From NCBI GenBank assembly GCA_038087875.1, contig CM075990.1, positions 7,132,001 through 7,192,000 on the forward strand: a DNA stretch of 60,000 nt, given 5' to 3'. Shown in pieces: positions 25,090 to 39,480 of this stretch; position 1 is the stretch's first letter, and each line of letters begins with the position of its first letter. Both the position numbers and the translations under genes were made by a program. The DNA is from Malacoraja senta. Taxonomy: Eukaryota. Under the pieces are notes generated by a model. That model made no database searches. It had not been told where the DNA came from and saw nothing but the letters and a program-made list of their open reading frames with translations.

Positions 25090-25690
25090 TTAGAAACATA
25101 GAAAATAGGTGCAGAAGACCATTTGACCCTTCAAGCCAGCACCGCCATTCATTTTGATCATGGCTGATCATCCACAATCAATAACCTGCGCCTGCCTTCT
25201 CCCCATATCCCTTGATTCCACTAGCCCCTAGAGCTCTATCCAACTCTCTCTTAAATTCATCCAGTGAATTGGCCTCTACTGCCTTCTGTGGCAGAGAATT
25301 CCACAAATTCACAACTCTCTGGGTGAAAACGTTTTTCTCATCTCAGTTTTAAATGACCTCCCCTTTATTCTTAGACTGCGGCCCCTGGATCTGATCTTCC
25401 CCCGACATTGGGAACATTTTTCCTGCATCAAGCTTGTCCAGTCCTTTTATAATTTTATACGATAAGATCCCCTCTCATCCTTCTAAATTCCAGTCAATAC
25501 AAGCCCAGTCTTTCCAATCTTTCCTCATATGACAGTCCCGCCATCCCGGGGATTAACCTCGTGAACCTACGCTGCGCTCCCTCAATAGCAAGGATGTCCT
25601 TCCTCAAATTAGGAGACCAAAACTGCACACAATACTCCAGATGTGGTCTCACCAGGGCCCTGTACAACTGCAGAAGGACCTCTTTACTCC
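25090..25690 (-). mobile_element. CR1 LINE 3' fragment
   Basis: Minus [62 protein letters not shown]; (catagaaa) tail. Confidence 0.92.
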
Positions 25691-25692
25691 TT

Positions 25693-25843
25693 GGTAGACA
25701 AAAATGCTGGAGAAACTCAGCGGGTGAGGCAGCATCTATGGAGCGAAGGAAACCTTCGCTCCATAGATGCTGCCTCACCCGCTGAGTTTCTCCAGCATTT
25801 TTGTCTACCTTCAATTTTCCAGCATCTGCAGTTCCTTCTTAAA
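25693..25843. mobile_element. Fold-back Penelope-like repeat, perfect 57-bp hairpin
   Basis: Arms 25693-25749 and 25753-25809, loop AAA. Confidence 0.9.
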
Positions 25844-26389
25844 CCTCCTACTCCTATACACACAACAAAAGCTTTTCACTGTACCTCGCTCGGTACATGT
25901 GACAATAAACTAAACAGAACTTAAAATCAAAAACATAACAAAAAAATCCCCAATAGGTTCGTGTCAAGCTGATTGTAGAAGCGGAGGAAAACAGATATAA
26001 TTTAAACAATGTCTGCAACTACCCAGTGATCATTAACTTGTTAAGCAAGTGAATGAAGCTTGGTGCAGGTATTTATGTAACTAACGGTACCTCTGGGCTG
26101 GCGAGATGGCTTCTTTCTGGTTTTACAACAGCACTGTCCCATGTTGCCGATACCACCGTCTGTTGCTACAAGGAGGACATGCCAAGTCCAAGTCATCCAG
26201 AGAAATATCCACACTTGCAGCTCTCAATCCAAGTGGTCCCAGTGCCAGGAGGGACAAAACTGCTCTGCTGCTGCTGCATTATTCCAAGCGTCTGCTCCCT
26301 GCATGCAGTCTTTCATTCATTTGTCCTTAATCTCTGCCCTCTTGTCTTTTACTGTAGACTTCCTGGAGAGACCTGACACCAGCAACCCC

Positions 26390-27110
<721 letters not shown>

Positions 27111-27252
27111 GACCAGTTCCCTGGGATGTGCTAGCCAGCCCATCAATGCCAATTACTGCACACAACCCCAAGCACAGACAGACTCAGCTAATCAATTGTG
27201 GAAGGAGTGGATTGTTCAGATTGTTCTTGCTCAGAGGCAAGAACATGTGCCT

Positions 27253-27284
<32 letters not shown>

Positions 27285-27939
27285 TTTCCTCTATCTGCAG
27301 GAAACACATCTCTCTTGTGTCACTTTCCCATTAAACCCTACAGCGTATTAATTATGTTTCTTTGCTTTGAAGATGTGTAAAGGCCACGAGGGAATTTCAT
27401 GTGTGCTAGCAGATGCCTCCCTCACGGCCGCAGGGCATCAGTGCAGCTTTGAATGTAATAGTCAATGCAGAGTAAACTTCCTCAAAAAAAAATTTCCAGA
27501 CTCCATAAAGATCAACTAACTGACTGTAAAGTGTTTGAAACATCGGAGAATGATAGATTGCAGCGCTACCTATCCATGATTAAAGGAGCAGCTGTGTTAT
27601 GTATATGCTACTGTGTGCCGGCTGTAATGGTGTTGACAACAAACTGGAGTTCATCAAGATGTAGGCTGCTCCAGTCACTGATACGTGCTCGAGAGGTCAG
27701 CAGCAACTGATCGTCAGATGGGAAATGTTCAGGACACTTTGTACTAGGGGGGTAAATCGCTCTGCATTACTTGAGGTTGTCAGTCAGTGGAGCTTGTAAC
27801 TAGAGTTTCCAGTCCACCCTTGCCATCTCCTTCCCAGACTGCTGAGGAAGCCCCAGGAACTGAACTTTAACCTCCACAATCCTTTCACCAACCACTCCGG
27901 AGAAAATTCAGGAGCCTCGATTTAAAAAAAAAATTGTTG

Positions 27940-29040
27940 AGTCATAGAGTGATACAGCGTGGAAACAGGCCCTTCGGCCCAACTAGCCCACACCGGCCAA
28001 CGTGTCCCAGCGACACTGGTCCCACCTGCCAGCATTTGGTCCATATCCCTCCAAACCTACCTGTCTAACTATTTCTTAAATGTTGGGATAGTCCCTGCCT
28101 CAACTACCTCCTCTGGCAGCTTGTTCCATACACCCACCAACCTTTGTGCGAAAAAGTTACCCCTCGGATTCCTATTAAATCTTTTCCCCTTAACCTTGAA
28201 CCTATGTCCTCTGGTCCTCGATTCCCCTACTCCAGACAAGAGACTCCGTGCATCTACCCAATCTATTCCTCTCATGATTTTCTACATCTCTTTCAGATCC
28301 CCCTCATCCTCCTGCGCTCCATGGAATAATGACCCAGCCTACTCAACCTCTCCCTATAGCTCACACCCTCTAGTCCTGGCAACTTCCTCATACATCTTTT
28401 CTGAACCCTTTCAAGCTTGACAATATTTTATAACATGGTGCCCAGAACTGAATACAATATTCTAATTGCGGTCTCACCAACAATGTCTTATACAACTGCA
28501 ACATGACCTCCCAACTTCTATACTCAATACACTGACTGATGAAGCCCAAAGTGCCAAAATCCTTTTTGACTACCTTATCCACCTGCGACTCGACCTTCAA
28601 GAAACCATGCACTTGTACTGCTCCACAACACTCCCCATAGGCCTACCATTCACTGTGTAGGTCCTGCCCTTTTTCGACGGCCCAAAATGTAACACCTCAC
28701 ACTTCTCTGTATTAAATTCCATCAACCATTCCTCAGCCCTCCTGGCCAATTGATCCAGATCCTGCTGCAATCTTTCACAACCATCTTCACTATCTGCAAA
28801 ACCACCCACTCATCAGCAAACTTGCTAATCTTGCCCTGTATGTTCTCATCCAAATCATCGATGTAGATGACAAACAGTAACCGTGAGGCACACCGCTAGT
28901 CACAGGCCTCCAATCTGAGAAGCAACCTTCCACCATCACCCTCTGCTTCCTTCCATGGAGCCAATTTGCTATCCATTCAGCTATCTCTCCTTCGATCCCA
29001 TGCGATCTAACCTTCCAGAGCAGCCGACCATGTGGAACCA
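27940..29040 (-). mobile_element. CR1 LINE ORF2 3' ~1.1 kb (frameshifted RT C-terminus)
   Basis: Minus VPHGRLLWKVRSHGI...WIANWLHGRKQRV; LQQDLDQL...WLMEFNTEKCEVLHFG; LYKTLLVRPQLEYCIQFW; SRTRGHRFKVKG. Confidence 0.95.
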
Positions 29041-29329
29041 TGCATCAGGAGAACGAGAGGGAGACATACAGATATGGAAGGGTAAGGTGTAACAGTATTA
29101 ATGTTTCATGTTGATAATCTTTCACTGGACTTGGCCATGAGTGCTCAATGCCCTCAAGCAATCACTCACTTTCTCTCTTCATAGATACTACTGATGTGCG
29201 ACAAAATGAAATGCACGCATGTTGTAATTTTATGTCAGGATTCCAGTACTTGCATTCTTTTGCATTCCAATATTCATTCATCATAAACCCTAACCTGTCA
29301 ACTGTGGCTTATTTGGAAGCATTTACCTT

Positions 29330-29655
29330 AGTTTAGTTTAGAGATGCAGCGCGGAAACAAGCCATTCGGCCCACCGAGTCCGCGCCAACCAGCGATCCCC
29401 GCATATTAACACGACCCGACAATTTTACATTTATACCAAGTCAATCAACCTACAAACCTGTACGTCTTTGGAGTGTGGGGGGAAACCGAAGATCTCAGTG
29501 AAAACCCACGTGGTCACGGACGGAACGTACAAACTCCATACATACAGCACCCGTAGTCTGGATCGAACCCGTGTCTCCGGCACTGCGAGCGCTGTAAGGC
29601 AGCAACTGTACCACTGTGCCACTGTGCCACTGTGCCACTGTGCCACTGTGCCGCC
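29330..29655 (-). mobile_element. V-SINE with 5x (ccactgtg) expansion at its head
   Basis: Full reverse-complement SINE; tandem repeat 29611-29650. Confidence 0.85.
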
Positions 29656-29699
29656 CTAAGCATTCCTGAGACAAAGCTGTGCATCAAGTCCAGTGCCAC

Positions 29700-29818
29700 G
29701 TGCGATTACATGCAGGTGATGTTAAATTGAGACATTACCACCCTTGTAGGTCTCATGCCATTGTATGAAGAAAAATAAGTTCAGTTTTACCTCATGTCTG
29801 GACAATTTTTAATCTCAG
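29700..29818 (+). mobile_element. Old DeuSINE-like (SacSINE/AmnSINE-type) remnant
   Basis: gatgttaaattgag...tctcatgccattgtatgaagaaaa...tgtctggacaatttttaatctca resembles the Deu core as I recall it; a minus-strand core remnant also lies at about 43265-43302. Confidence 0.45.
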
Positions 29819-30088
29819 AAGGACATAAAGTGCTGGAGTAACTCAGCAGGTTAGACAACATCTCTGGAGAACATGGATGGGTGAAGTTTTGGGTTGAGAC
29901 CCTTTTCAAATTGAAGGTCACCGAAACATCACCTATCCATCTTCTCCAAAGATGTCGCCTGTCCCGCTGAGTTACTCCAGTACTTTGTGTCCTTTTGTGT
30001 ATTAACTGGCATCCACGGTTCCTTGTTTCTACAATATTTAATCTTGGTTGCTAAATAAAAGTAACCGATGAACTAAAGCAAGAACAGA

Positions 30089-30217
30089 GTCTGAAGAAGG
30101 GTTTCGGCCCGAAACGTTGCCTATTTCCTTCGCTCCATAGATGCTGCTGCACCCGCTGAGTTTCTCCAGCACTTTTGTCTACCTTCGATTTTCCAGCATC
30201 TGCAGTTCCATCTTAAA
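30089..30217 (+). mobile_element. Minimal Penelope-like repeat (129 bp) starting at the hammerhead, 10-bp TSD
   Basis: CAAGAACAGA at 30079-30088 and 30218-30227. Confidence 0.85.
30091..30118 (+). ncRNA. Minimal hammerhead ribozyme motif (GUU subfamily)
   Basis: CUGAAGA-A-GGGU(UUCG)GCCC-GAAAC-GUU; palindromic ACGU stem III. Confidence 0.75.
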
Positions 30218-30899
30218 CAAGAACAGATACTGATGGGAACCTTCATGAGAACTGAGGAGAGAAAGTTGTACGTTAGTGTACAGTAGAAGAGAAAGTAGGG
30301 AGGGGTGTGTCGATCAAAGTAAGCATCACTTTTGTTGAGTTGAAATGGGTTAATGGCTGTGGTTACCTGCACATTAACCTTCTGTATCTGTGTAATGATT
30401 TGTTAATGGTAAAGCTAGGATAACAGAACATGAGGCAACTTGATAAAGTACAGAAAATGGAGATTACTGGTGAAACTGAGCAGATCAGGCAGCAGTAATG
30501 GAAAGAGAAGCAGTTAATGTTTCAAATGAGAGACCTTTCATCAGTCCTGAAAAAAAAGTTTGTCTGGAGAGCAATGGGATGTGGGTGAAACCAGGGGAAT
30601 TTCTCTGAAGGGTCTGGACATTCTCACATTGCTACGTGGGAACTTGTTACACATTGACTACTGTGTGTCTTGCAACGTAACAGTGACTACACCCCACGAC
30701 CTGCTCCTTCTGGGGATTCAAAGGATCCTGACATTAGATTGATGTAGAGCAGGGCAGTAGCCATCTGTGACCTGCCAATCAACATTAGTGGAACAAATTA
30801 TCTGATCATTATCACGTTGTTAATACGGAGAGTTACCTGTGTACGACTGGCTGCCAGACCCCTGACATTACAGCAGTTTAACAGTAAATACGCAGTCTC

Positions 30900-32028
<1,129 letters not shown>

Positions 32029-32848
32029 ACATCTGAATGAAGAATGTGCAGTGAGTGAGTCCCAGACACTAGGTTGCTCTCAAGGATCTGAACATGCCAG
32101 GTAGCTAACAGTAATTGAGAAACTGAGTGTGGAGTGAACTAAAATGAACATTCTTTCCAAAATACAGCACATTAATGTAGCACTTGCCTCCATTAGACAG
32201 AAAGCTGTGAAACATCCGTAATAGACTAAGTAATCTTTCTCGCAGCTCAATGCTCCGAGTTGGACGTTGCAAGATTGCAGAATATTTTAAGTTTAATGGT
32301 TATCTGGTTACAATCATGAAGGGAGCATGCAGTGCTATATCCCAGTGCTATATTGTACGATGGCGACTTTATCTCTGATGCTAACAGCATTCAGATCGAA
32401 TGATTAATCTGCCAAAGCCATCTGCCTGTAGCCACAATCCAGAGAAGCAGAGATTGGAAATGGAAACATGTTAAGGAAGGTAGAACATTTGTCAGGATTG
32501 AAGATAGTAACACAGTCATGGTTATGTGCTAAGACAGGGAGGCTTCCTGAGTTTGACATGAAGTTTATAAACCCTCAGGTTTCACTGCAAGAGCTGACAT
32601 TGCAATCACTTCTAGTGATACGGCCCTGAAGATAGTGCTGACTGCATTCTACACCTCTGCAAGACCGAGGAAGCAGCAGAAGGGGTGATTCATTGCTACA
32701 GAAAGCTGTCGATGCCAAGTCAATGGATATTTTTCAAGTGGAGACCCAAATTCCTATAGGCAGCATCTCTGGAACAGCAGAAACAGTGGAAACAGCTGGC
32801 CCATTCCTTCTCTCAACCCGAAACATCACCCATTTGTTCTACATCAGT

Positions 32849-32876
32849 CTGAAGAAGGGTCTCGACCCGAAACGTC
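32849..32876 (+). ncRNA. Minimal hammerhead ribozyme motif (GUC subfamily)
   Basis: CUGAAGA-A-GGGU(CUCG)ACCC-GAAAC-GUC, in a Penelope-like repeat inserted into a CR1 tail (32690-33100). Confidence 0.75.
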
Positions 32877-33669
32877 ACCCATTCCTTCTCTCCAGAGATG
32901 CTGCCTGTCCCGCTGAGTTACTCAAGCATTTTGTGTCTATCTTCGGAGATAGATAGATTCTTGAATGATAAAGGTGTTGGGGGTTGTGGGGAGAAAGCAG
33001 GAGAATGGGGTTGAGAGGGAAAAGATTGAACAGCCATGATTGAATGGCGGAGTAGACTTGATGGGCTGATTCTGCTCCTAGAACCTATGAACTTATGAGA
33101 TGTGAAATCTGCTTGAGTGAAATGTCCCTCTGCTCGGCAATCCTAACCAAATTGGAACAGATCGTGAAAGCATTCACACCGTGGTGTTTCTCAGTGAAAC
33201 TTGTATGGTTTTACTCTCCGCTGAATGGAAATGGTGCAACACTGCCATAAATCCAAAGACACTTCAATAGTGCGTGCTGCTGGCCGGGAACAATCAAACA
33301 CAAAGAAAGGAACAATGAGCGGGGGGGAGAGAACATGAGGAGAGACAGCAGTAAACATAAAGGAGAACACAGAAACCTTGGCTCAGTGCTGATGAGCAGC
33401 TGGTTGGATATTGTGGTTCATCAGGGAAGCCAAGTTTTGTTTTATATTTACAACAAACTTGATTCAGAATTAAATATATATACAAAACAAAGACTGTGTA
33501 AAAATTCTTCCAACATTCTCGGATGCTATGCATACATTCATTTGTGTCATAGACACTAAAAGCTGGAGTGACTCAGTGGGACAGGCAGCATCTCTGGAGA
33601 GAAGGAATGGGTGACGTTTCGGGTCGAGACCCTTCAGACACTTTTTGTCATAACGTAGTGTCCACAGAT

Positions 33670-34180
33670 ATAGAGTCATACAGTGTGCAAACAGGCCCTT
33701 CGGCCCAACTCGTCCACACCGGCCAACCATGTCCCAGCTACACTAGTCCCACTTGCTGTGCTTGGTCCATTTCCCTCAAAACCTGTCCTATCCATGTAGT
33801 GCCCTGACCTCTCCTATCAGTCTGAAGAAGGGTCTCGACCCGAAACGTTGCCAATTCCTTCTCTCCATAGATGCTGCCTCACCCACTGAGTTTCCCCAGC
33901 ATTTTTTTGTCTACTTTTGATTTTTCCAGCATCTGCATTTCTTTCTTAAACAACTATCCATGTACCTGTCTAGCTGTTTCTTAAACGTTGGGATAGTCCC
34001 AACCTCAACTACCTCCTCTGGCAGCTTGTTCCATACACCCACCACCCTTTGTGTGAAAAAGTTACCCCTCGGATTCCTATTAAATCTTTTCCCCTTCACC
34101 TTGAACCTATGTCCTCTGGTCCTTGATTCCGCTACTCTGGGCAAGAGAATCTGTGCATCGACCCTCTCATGATTTTGTGT
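33670..34180 (-). mobile_element. CR1 3' fragment with nested Penelope-like repeat (33799-33953; 11-bp TSD)
   Basis: Minus SRTRGHRFKVKGKRFNRNPRGNFFTQRVVGVWNKLP; TSD CTATCCATGTA at 33788-33798 and 33954-33964. Confidence 0.88.
33822..33849 (+). ncRNA. Minimal hammerhead ribozyme motif
   Basis: CUGAAGA-A-GGGUCUCGACCC-GAAAC-GUU. Confidence 0.7.
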
Positions 34181-34719
34181 ATCATTTTACCCTGTACCCA
34201 GCATTGAGGTTCATTAGGGAGGCCAAGTAGCATAGACATTTTATTCGTAGAAAGTCACACTTCCTAAAGCTCTGCAAAATTTCCTTTTAATCCCTTCTCT
34301 TCCATTCCCACTCTACCCATATCACTTCCCCTCCCACTCTACCCATATCACTTCCTCCAGTTTTACATTTCACACCTACTCTACTTTCCTGACTGACACT
34401 TTGTTATCTAATTTTCACCTCCAGCCTTTGTCCTTACTCCACCCCCCTCACATCTATCCACATTCACATGCCTGGCTTTACTAAAGCCCCCCCCCCCACG
34501 ACCCCCCCCGACCCCCCCCCCAACCTACCCTCGCTCATCTCTCATAGAAACATAGAAATAGATACAGGAGTAGGCCATTCGGCCCTTCGAGCCAGCACAG
34601 CCATTCAATACGATCATGGCTGGTCATCCTAAATCAGTACCCCATTCCTGCTCTTTCCCCATATCTCTTTGCCAGCTCCCCCCCCCCCCCCTACTCCATC
34701 AGCCTGAAGAATGGTCCCA

Positions 34720-34925
34720 ACTTTGCTATCCCCTCCCCTTCATCAGCCCTCTGGTTGTCTCCTCCCCTCCCCCAGCCCTCGGGCTCCTCCTCCGCCTTTA
34801 TTCCTTTCTTCTCCCCACCCCCTATCAGTCTGAAGAAGGGTTTCGGCCCGAAACGTTGCCTATTTCCTTCGCTCCATAGATGCTGCTGCACCCGCTGAGT
34901 TTCTCCAGCATTTTTGTGTACCTTT
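34720..34925 (+). mobile_element. Penelope-like 3'UTR with hammerhead motif at 34830-34857
   Basis: Pyrimidine-rich UTR like 50680-50790, then ctgaagaagggtttcggcccgaaacgtt. Confidence 0.8.
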
Positions 34926-35121
34926 GAAACATCATTTATTCCCTCCACAAATGCTGCCTGATCTGCAGACTTTCTCCTGTGGCATGTACACTATTCTGCT
35001 CAGGATTTTAGCATCGGCATATACCTGTGTCTCCGTTTTACTACAAAATTGGTCAATCAGGAGGGACAGAAAGATATGAGGACAAGATGGGCAGGTACTG
35101 GGAGAGACTCAGCCCTTGTAC

Positions 35122-35220
35122 TTCTGAGGAAGGGTCGCGACCTGAAACGTTACCTATTCCTTCTCTCCAGAGATGCTGCCTGACTCGCTGAGTTACTCCA
35201 GCATTTTGTGTCTATCTTCA
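35122..35220 (+). mobile_element. Penelope-like repeat with hammerhead motif (CTGAGGA variant)
   Basis: ctgaggaagggtcgcgacctgaaacgtt; flanked by tcagccct on both sides. Confidence 0.7.
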
Positions 35221-35399
35221 GCCCTCACACTTGTTCAACAGGTACAGAATTTGTGTAACTAGCGTGGAGAAGAGCGAGGAAGGAGAAGGAAACTGACCAC
35301 CACACTCTGTAACTGGGGAGCTTTCAAGTTGAAGGGGTGAGATGGGCTGTGGTAATGATGGATACTATATAATTAAGGGGATAGATTCTGTTCTCTGCA

Positions 35400-35565
35400 T
35401 TTAAGAAGGAGCTGCAGATGCTGCATCTATGGAGAGAAGGAAATAGGCAACATTTCGGGCCGTGCGTCTGAAGAAGGGTTTCGGCCCGAAACGTTGCCTA
35501 TTTCCTTCGCTCCATAGATGCTGCTGCACCCACTGAGTTTCTCCAGCACTTTTGTCTACCTTCTG
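35400..35565. mobile_element. Inverted Penelope-like repeat pair; hammerhead at 35468-35495
   Basis: Minus fragment then ctgaagaagggtttcggcccgaaacgtt; flank tgttctctgca duplicated. Confidence 0.8.
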
Positions 35566-35582
35566 TTCTCTGCAATTCTGGG

Positions 35583-36095
35583 TGTGAGTCCCAAAGGCCC
35601 CATATCGTAGGAAGTATGTGCTGGCATTGGAGAGGAGGTTTACAAGAATGATCCCAGCGATGATTGGGTTAACGTATGAGGAACGTTTAATCGTTCTGGG
35701 CTTGTACTTGCAGGAATTTAGAAGCATGAGGGGGGGACCTCATTGACGCCTACTGAATAATGAAAGGCCTAGATAGTGTGGAGGTGGAGAGGATGTTTCC
35801 TGTAATGGGGGAGTCCAGGACCAGAGGGCACAGCCTCAGAATAAAGGGATAGACCTTTAGAATGGGGATGAGTAGGAATTTCTTCAGCCAAAGGGTGGTG
35901 AACCTATGGAATTCATTACTACAGATGGCTGTGGAGGCCAAGACATTGGGTATTTTTAAAGCGGAGATTGATGGGATCTTGGTTAGTAAGGGTGTCAAAG
36001 GTTACAGAGATAAGGCAGGAGAATGGGATTGAGAGGGGAAGATAGAGCAGCCATGATTGAATGGTGGAAAAGAGTCGATGGGCCGAATGGTCTCA
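35583..36095 (+). mobile_element. CR1 LINE 3' fragment
   Basis: gccccatatcgtaggaag...aggaccagagggcacagcctcagaataaaggg...tggaattcattac...; tail. Confidence 0.85.
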
Positions 36096-36253
36096 TGGCT
36101 GTGTTGCTTGTTGGCTGCTATGATTAAGGACATTTCTTCAGCGATTGGGAAAATTTGCAGTTGGAGTATTGGGTAGGAAAGACCCTGGTCTATGTGGGTA
36201 CCATCAAAATAGTTAGAAGATAGAAAGATATTCCACTGGTTATATGAGCAATG

Positions 36254-36439
36254 GACACAAAAAGCTGAAGTAACTCAGCGGGATAGGCAGCATCTCCGGA
36301 TGGAAGGAATGGGTGACGTTTTGGGTCGAGACCCTTCTTCAGACCCTTCTATCCAGAGATGCTGCCTGTCTCGCTGAGTTACTCCAGCATTTTGTGTCTA
36401 TCTTCGGTGTAAACCAGCATCTGCAGTTCGTTCCTACAC
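36254..36439. mobile_element. Fold-back Penelope-like repeat
   Basis: Minus copy with hammerhead reverse complement, then plus tail; flank atatgagca duplicated. Confidence 0.8.
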
Positions 36440-36949
36440 GATAATATGAGCAGCTCAGGTCGAATTTAAAAACAGGAAAACAGAGATAATAACCTCGGCA
36501 TTGCTTCCTGGGTCATGTCCAAATGGGCATTGAGTAAAGAAAATCAAAGAGCTGAATGCACAGTTGAAAATTTAGTTTGAGGAATGGGGAAACAGAGTTA
36601 TCCTGCTATAACAAGCTTCATTTGAATCAGACTTGGACCAATATCACAGCAAATTGTGTAACTGTGGCTGTAGGTAAGACTTTGAACTAATTAGTATCGG
36701 GGAGGGACATGGTGCAAGGAAGTTAGAGAAAGAGAAAGAGAAAGGGCAAAGAATTATGCAACACGGCAGAATAGGTAATGATAAGTGAGTGGCAGTAAAG
36801 AATGGTGGGAGTTGTACACAGATCAAAACACAGTAATAGGAGTGCAGGATGTTGTATCAATTAGGGGATGCAAGGCTGGTGGAACAATCACATGACACTC
36901 TAAGTTACATGTAGACTTGGCTAAGCAAATGAACAGTGTAGCCCACTGT

Positions 36950-37275
36950 TCAGTTTGGATATACAGCGCGGAAACAGGCCCTTCGGCCCACCGAGTCCGC
37001 AACGACCAGCGATCCCTAACACTATCCTACACATACAATCGGGACAATTTACAATTATACCGAGCCAATTACAAACAGGTAAGGTAGACAAAAGTGCTGG
37101 AGAAACTCAGCGGGTGCAGCAGCATCTATGGAGCGGAGGAAATAGGCAACGTTTCGGGCCGAAACTTTTTTACAAACTACAAACATGTACATCTTTGGAG
37201 TGTGGGCGGAAACCGGAGATCCCGGAGAAAACCCACGCAGGTCACCGGGCAAACGTACAAACTCTGTACAGACAG
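36950..37275 (-). mobile_element. V-SINE with nested Penelope-like fragment (37081-37165)
   Basis: SINE tail and V-domain interrupted at tacaaac. Confidence 0.8.
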
Positions 37276-37382
37276 ACATATGGTAGTGTTCCACACCAGA
37301 AGATGGCAGTGATCCACACAAAGGCTTCTGGCACATGTGTGCAGCCTAAAAGCAGGTCAAAAAAAAAATAATGCCGGAGTAA

Positions 37383-37610
37383 AGGACTTGTCCCAATTTC
37401 ACAACCTAATTCACAACCTCTGCCGAGTTTGCCCTTGACTCATACTCGCAGCATGGTCGTCACGAGGTGGTAGAAGGTCGTAGGTAGGTCGTGATGCTAG
37501 TCGTAGGTACTCGTGGCATCAAGTAGGTCGGGGCGTTTTTTCTAGCATGATGAAAAATGTCCACGAGTAAAGAAGGTCGTGAATTAGGTGGTGAAAGTGA
37601 GACAGGCCCT
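37383..37610. mobile_element. PIF/Harbinger-type MITE inside a Penelope-like repeat
   Basis: aggacttgtcccaatttcac / gtgaaagtgagacaggccct; TAA TSD; same family as 18982. Confidence 0.88.
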
Positions 37611-37984
37611 TAACCCAGCTGGTCAGGCAGCGGGTCAAGAACATGGAAAGGTGACGCTTCGGGTTGGATCCCTTCTTTAAAATGATTGTGGTGGTGGGAA
37701 AGAAAGCTGGAAGAGAGGAGGTTAGATACAAAATGCTGGAGTAACTCAGCGGGTCAGGCAGCAACTCTGGAGAAAATGAACGGGTGACGTTTCAAGTTGA
37801 GACCCTTCTTCAGTAGGGCACTTCAGGAGGGGCAGGGCAAAGCCTGGCTGGTAATACAGATACAGATGAAGGGGGAAAGATAGAAGAAATGGGTGATGTT
37901 TCGGGTCGAGATCCTTCTCTATCGGTGTAAACCAGCATCTGCAGTTCCCTCTGACATACTGTACTCTGCTTCGATGGTTTATTT

Positions 37985-38298
37985 AAAGTTTAGGAGATAC
38001 AGTGTGCAAACAGGCCCTTCAGCCCACCCAGTCCACACTGATCAGAGATACCTGCACATTAACACTCTCCTACACGTACGAGGAACAATTTACACTTATA
38101 CCAAGTATACAAACCCAAGCCAATTAACCTACAAACCTGTACGCCTTTGGAGTGTGGGAGGATCCCGAAGATCTCAGACAAAACACACACAGTCACGGGG
38201 AGAACGTACAAACTCCGTACAGACAGCACCCGTAGTCGGGAACAAACCCGTGGCTCTGGCGCTGTAAAGCAGCCACTATACCGCTGCGCCACCCTGCC
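37985..38298 (-). mobile_element. V-SINE
   Basis: Full reverse-complement SINE. Confidence 0.85.
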
Positions 38299-38604
38299 AC
38301 ACGAGATTATTCACAATCTCTGTCAAGGATCGAATGGCAGATTTCCAGGTTGCTGACAGTATAAAATACGGTGATTACAGGAGGGGCGGATGCTGCAAAG
38401 AGACTTCAAGAGGAGATGGACGTGCGGAGTAAATGGGTGAGATACATAATGTGGAAAAGTCTAAACTTAACCAATGTGGTGCTCAGAACAGTAAAGCAGA
38501 GGATTTCTCAAAGATAACATATAGGGAAATGTTGATCTCCAAATCTGCCGCAAACTGTTAGGAGAGCAAATAATATTTTGGGGTGAGACAGCTGGAAGAA
38601 CATA

Positions 38605-38927
38605 CTTCCGGCATTCCTTCTCTTTTTATACCCTCCCCCACCCAAGTCGCACTAGCTTCTCATTTTCACCCTACAAACAGCTTACAAAGGCCTGCTTCCT
38701 TTATCATCCTTACTTTTTTGCATATCTTTCATTCATTGTTCTTTATCTCTCCACATCACCGTCTATATCTCTCTCAATTCCCTTATCCCTAACCAGTCTG
38801 AAGAAGGGTCTCGACCCGAAACGTCACCCATTCCTTCTCTCCAGAGATGCTGCCTGTCCCGCTGAGTTACTCCAGCTTTTTATGCCTATCTTCGGTTTAA
38901 ACCAACATCTGCTGTTCCTTCTTACAT
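38605..38927 (+). mobile_element. Penelope-like 3'UTR with intact hammerhead at 38798-38825
   Basis: ctgaagaagggtctcgacccgaaacgtc preceded by ~190 bp of pyrimidine-rich UTR. Confidence 0.8.
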
Positions 38928-38939
38928 ATTTTTAGATTA

Positions 38940-39253
38940 GGTTAGTTTAGAGATACAGTGCGGAAACAGGCCCTTCGGCCCACCGAGTTCGCACCAGCCA
39001 GCGATCCCTGCACACTAACACTATCCTACACACACGAGGGACGATTTGTACATTTATACCAAGCCAATTAACCTACAAAACTGTAAGTCTTTGGAGTGTG
39101 GGAGGAAACCAAAGTTCCCGGAGAAAACCCACACAGGTCACGGGGAGAACGTACAAACTCTGAATGGACAGCACCTGTAGCCAGGATGAAACCCATGACT
39201 CTGGCGCTGTAAGCGCTGTAAGGCAGCAACTCTACCGCTGCACCACCGTGCCG
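38940..39253 (-). mobile_element. V-SINE
   Basis: Full reverse-complement SINE. Confidence 0.85.
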
Positions 39254-39480
39254 TCTGTGGCGGGAAATGGAGAGATGACATTTCCCCAAGGTTACGACCC
39301 TTCTTCAGACGAACAATCCAGAGTGTGTTCTGTCCATTTACCTCCACAGATGCTGACTGACCCGCTGAGTACCTCCAGCAATCATTCAACCATACTTACT
39401 TATCATCATGCCATTCAGTGACAGGACCAATTTGTATCAATTATACTTGAGATGTCACCATCAACTGTAGTGCTTCTACC

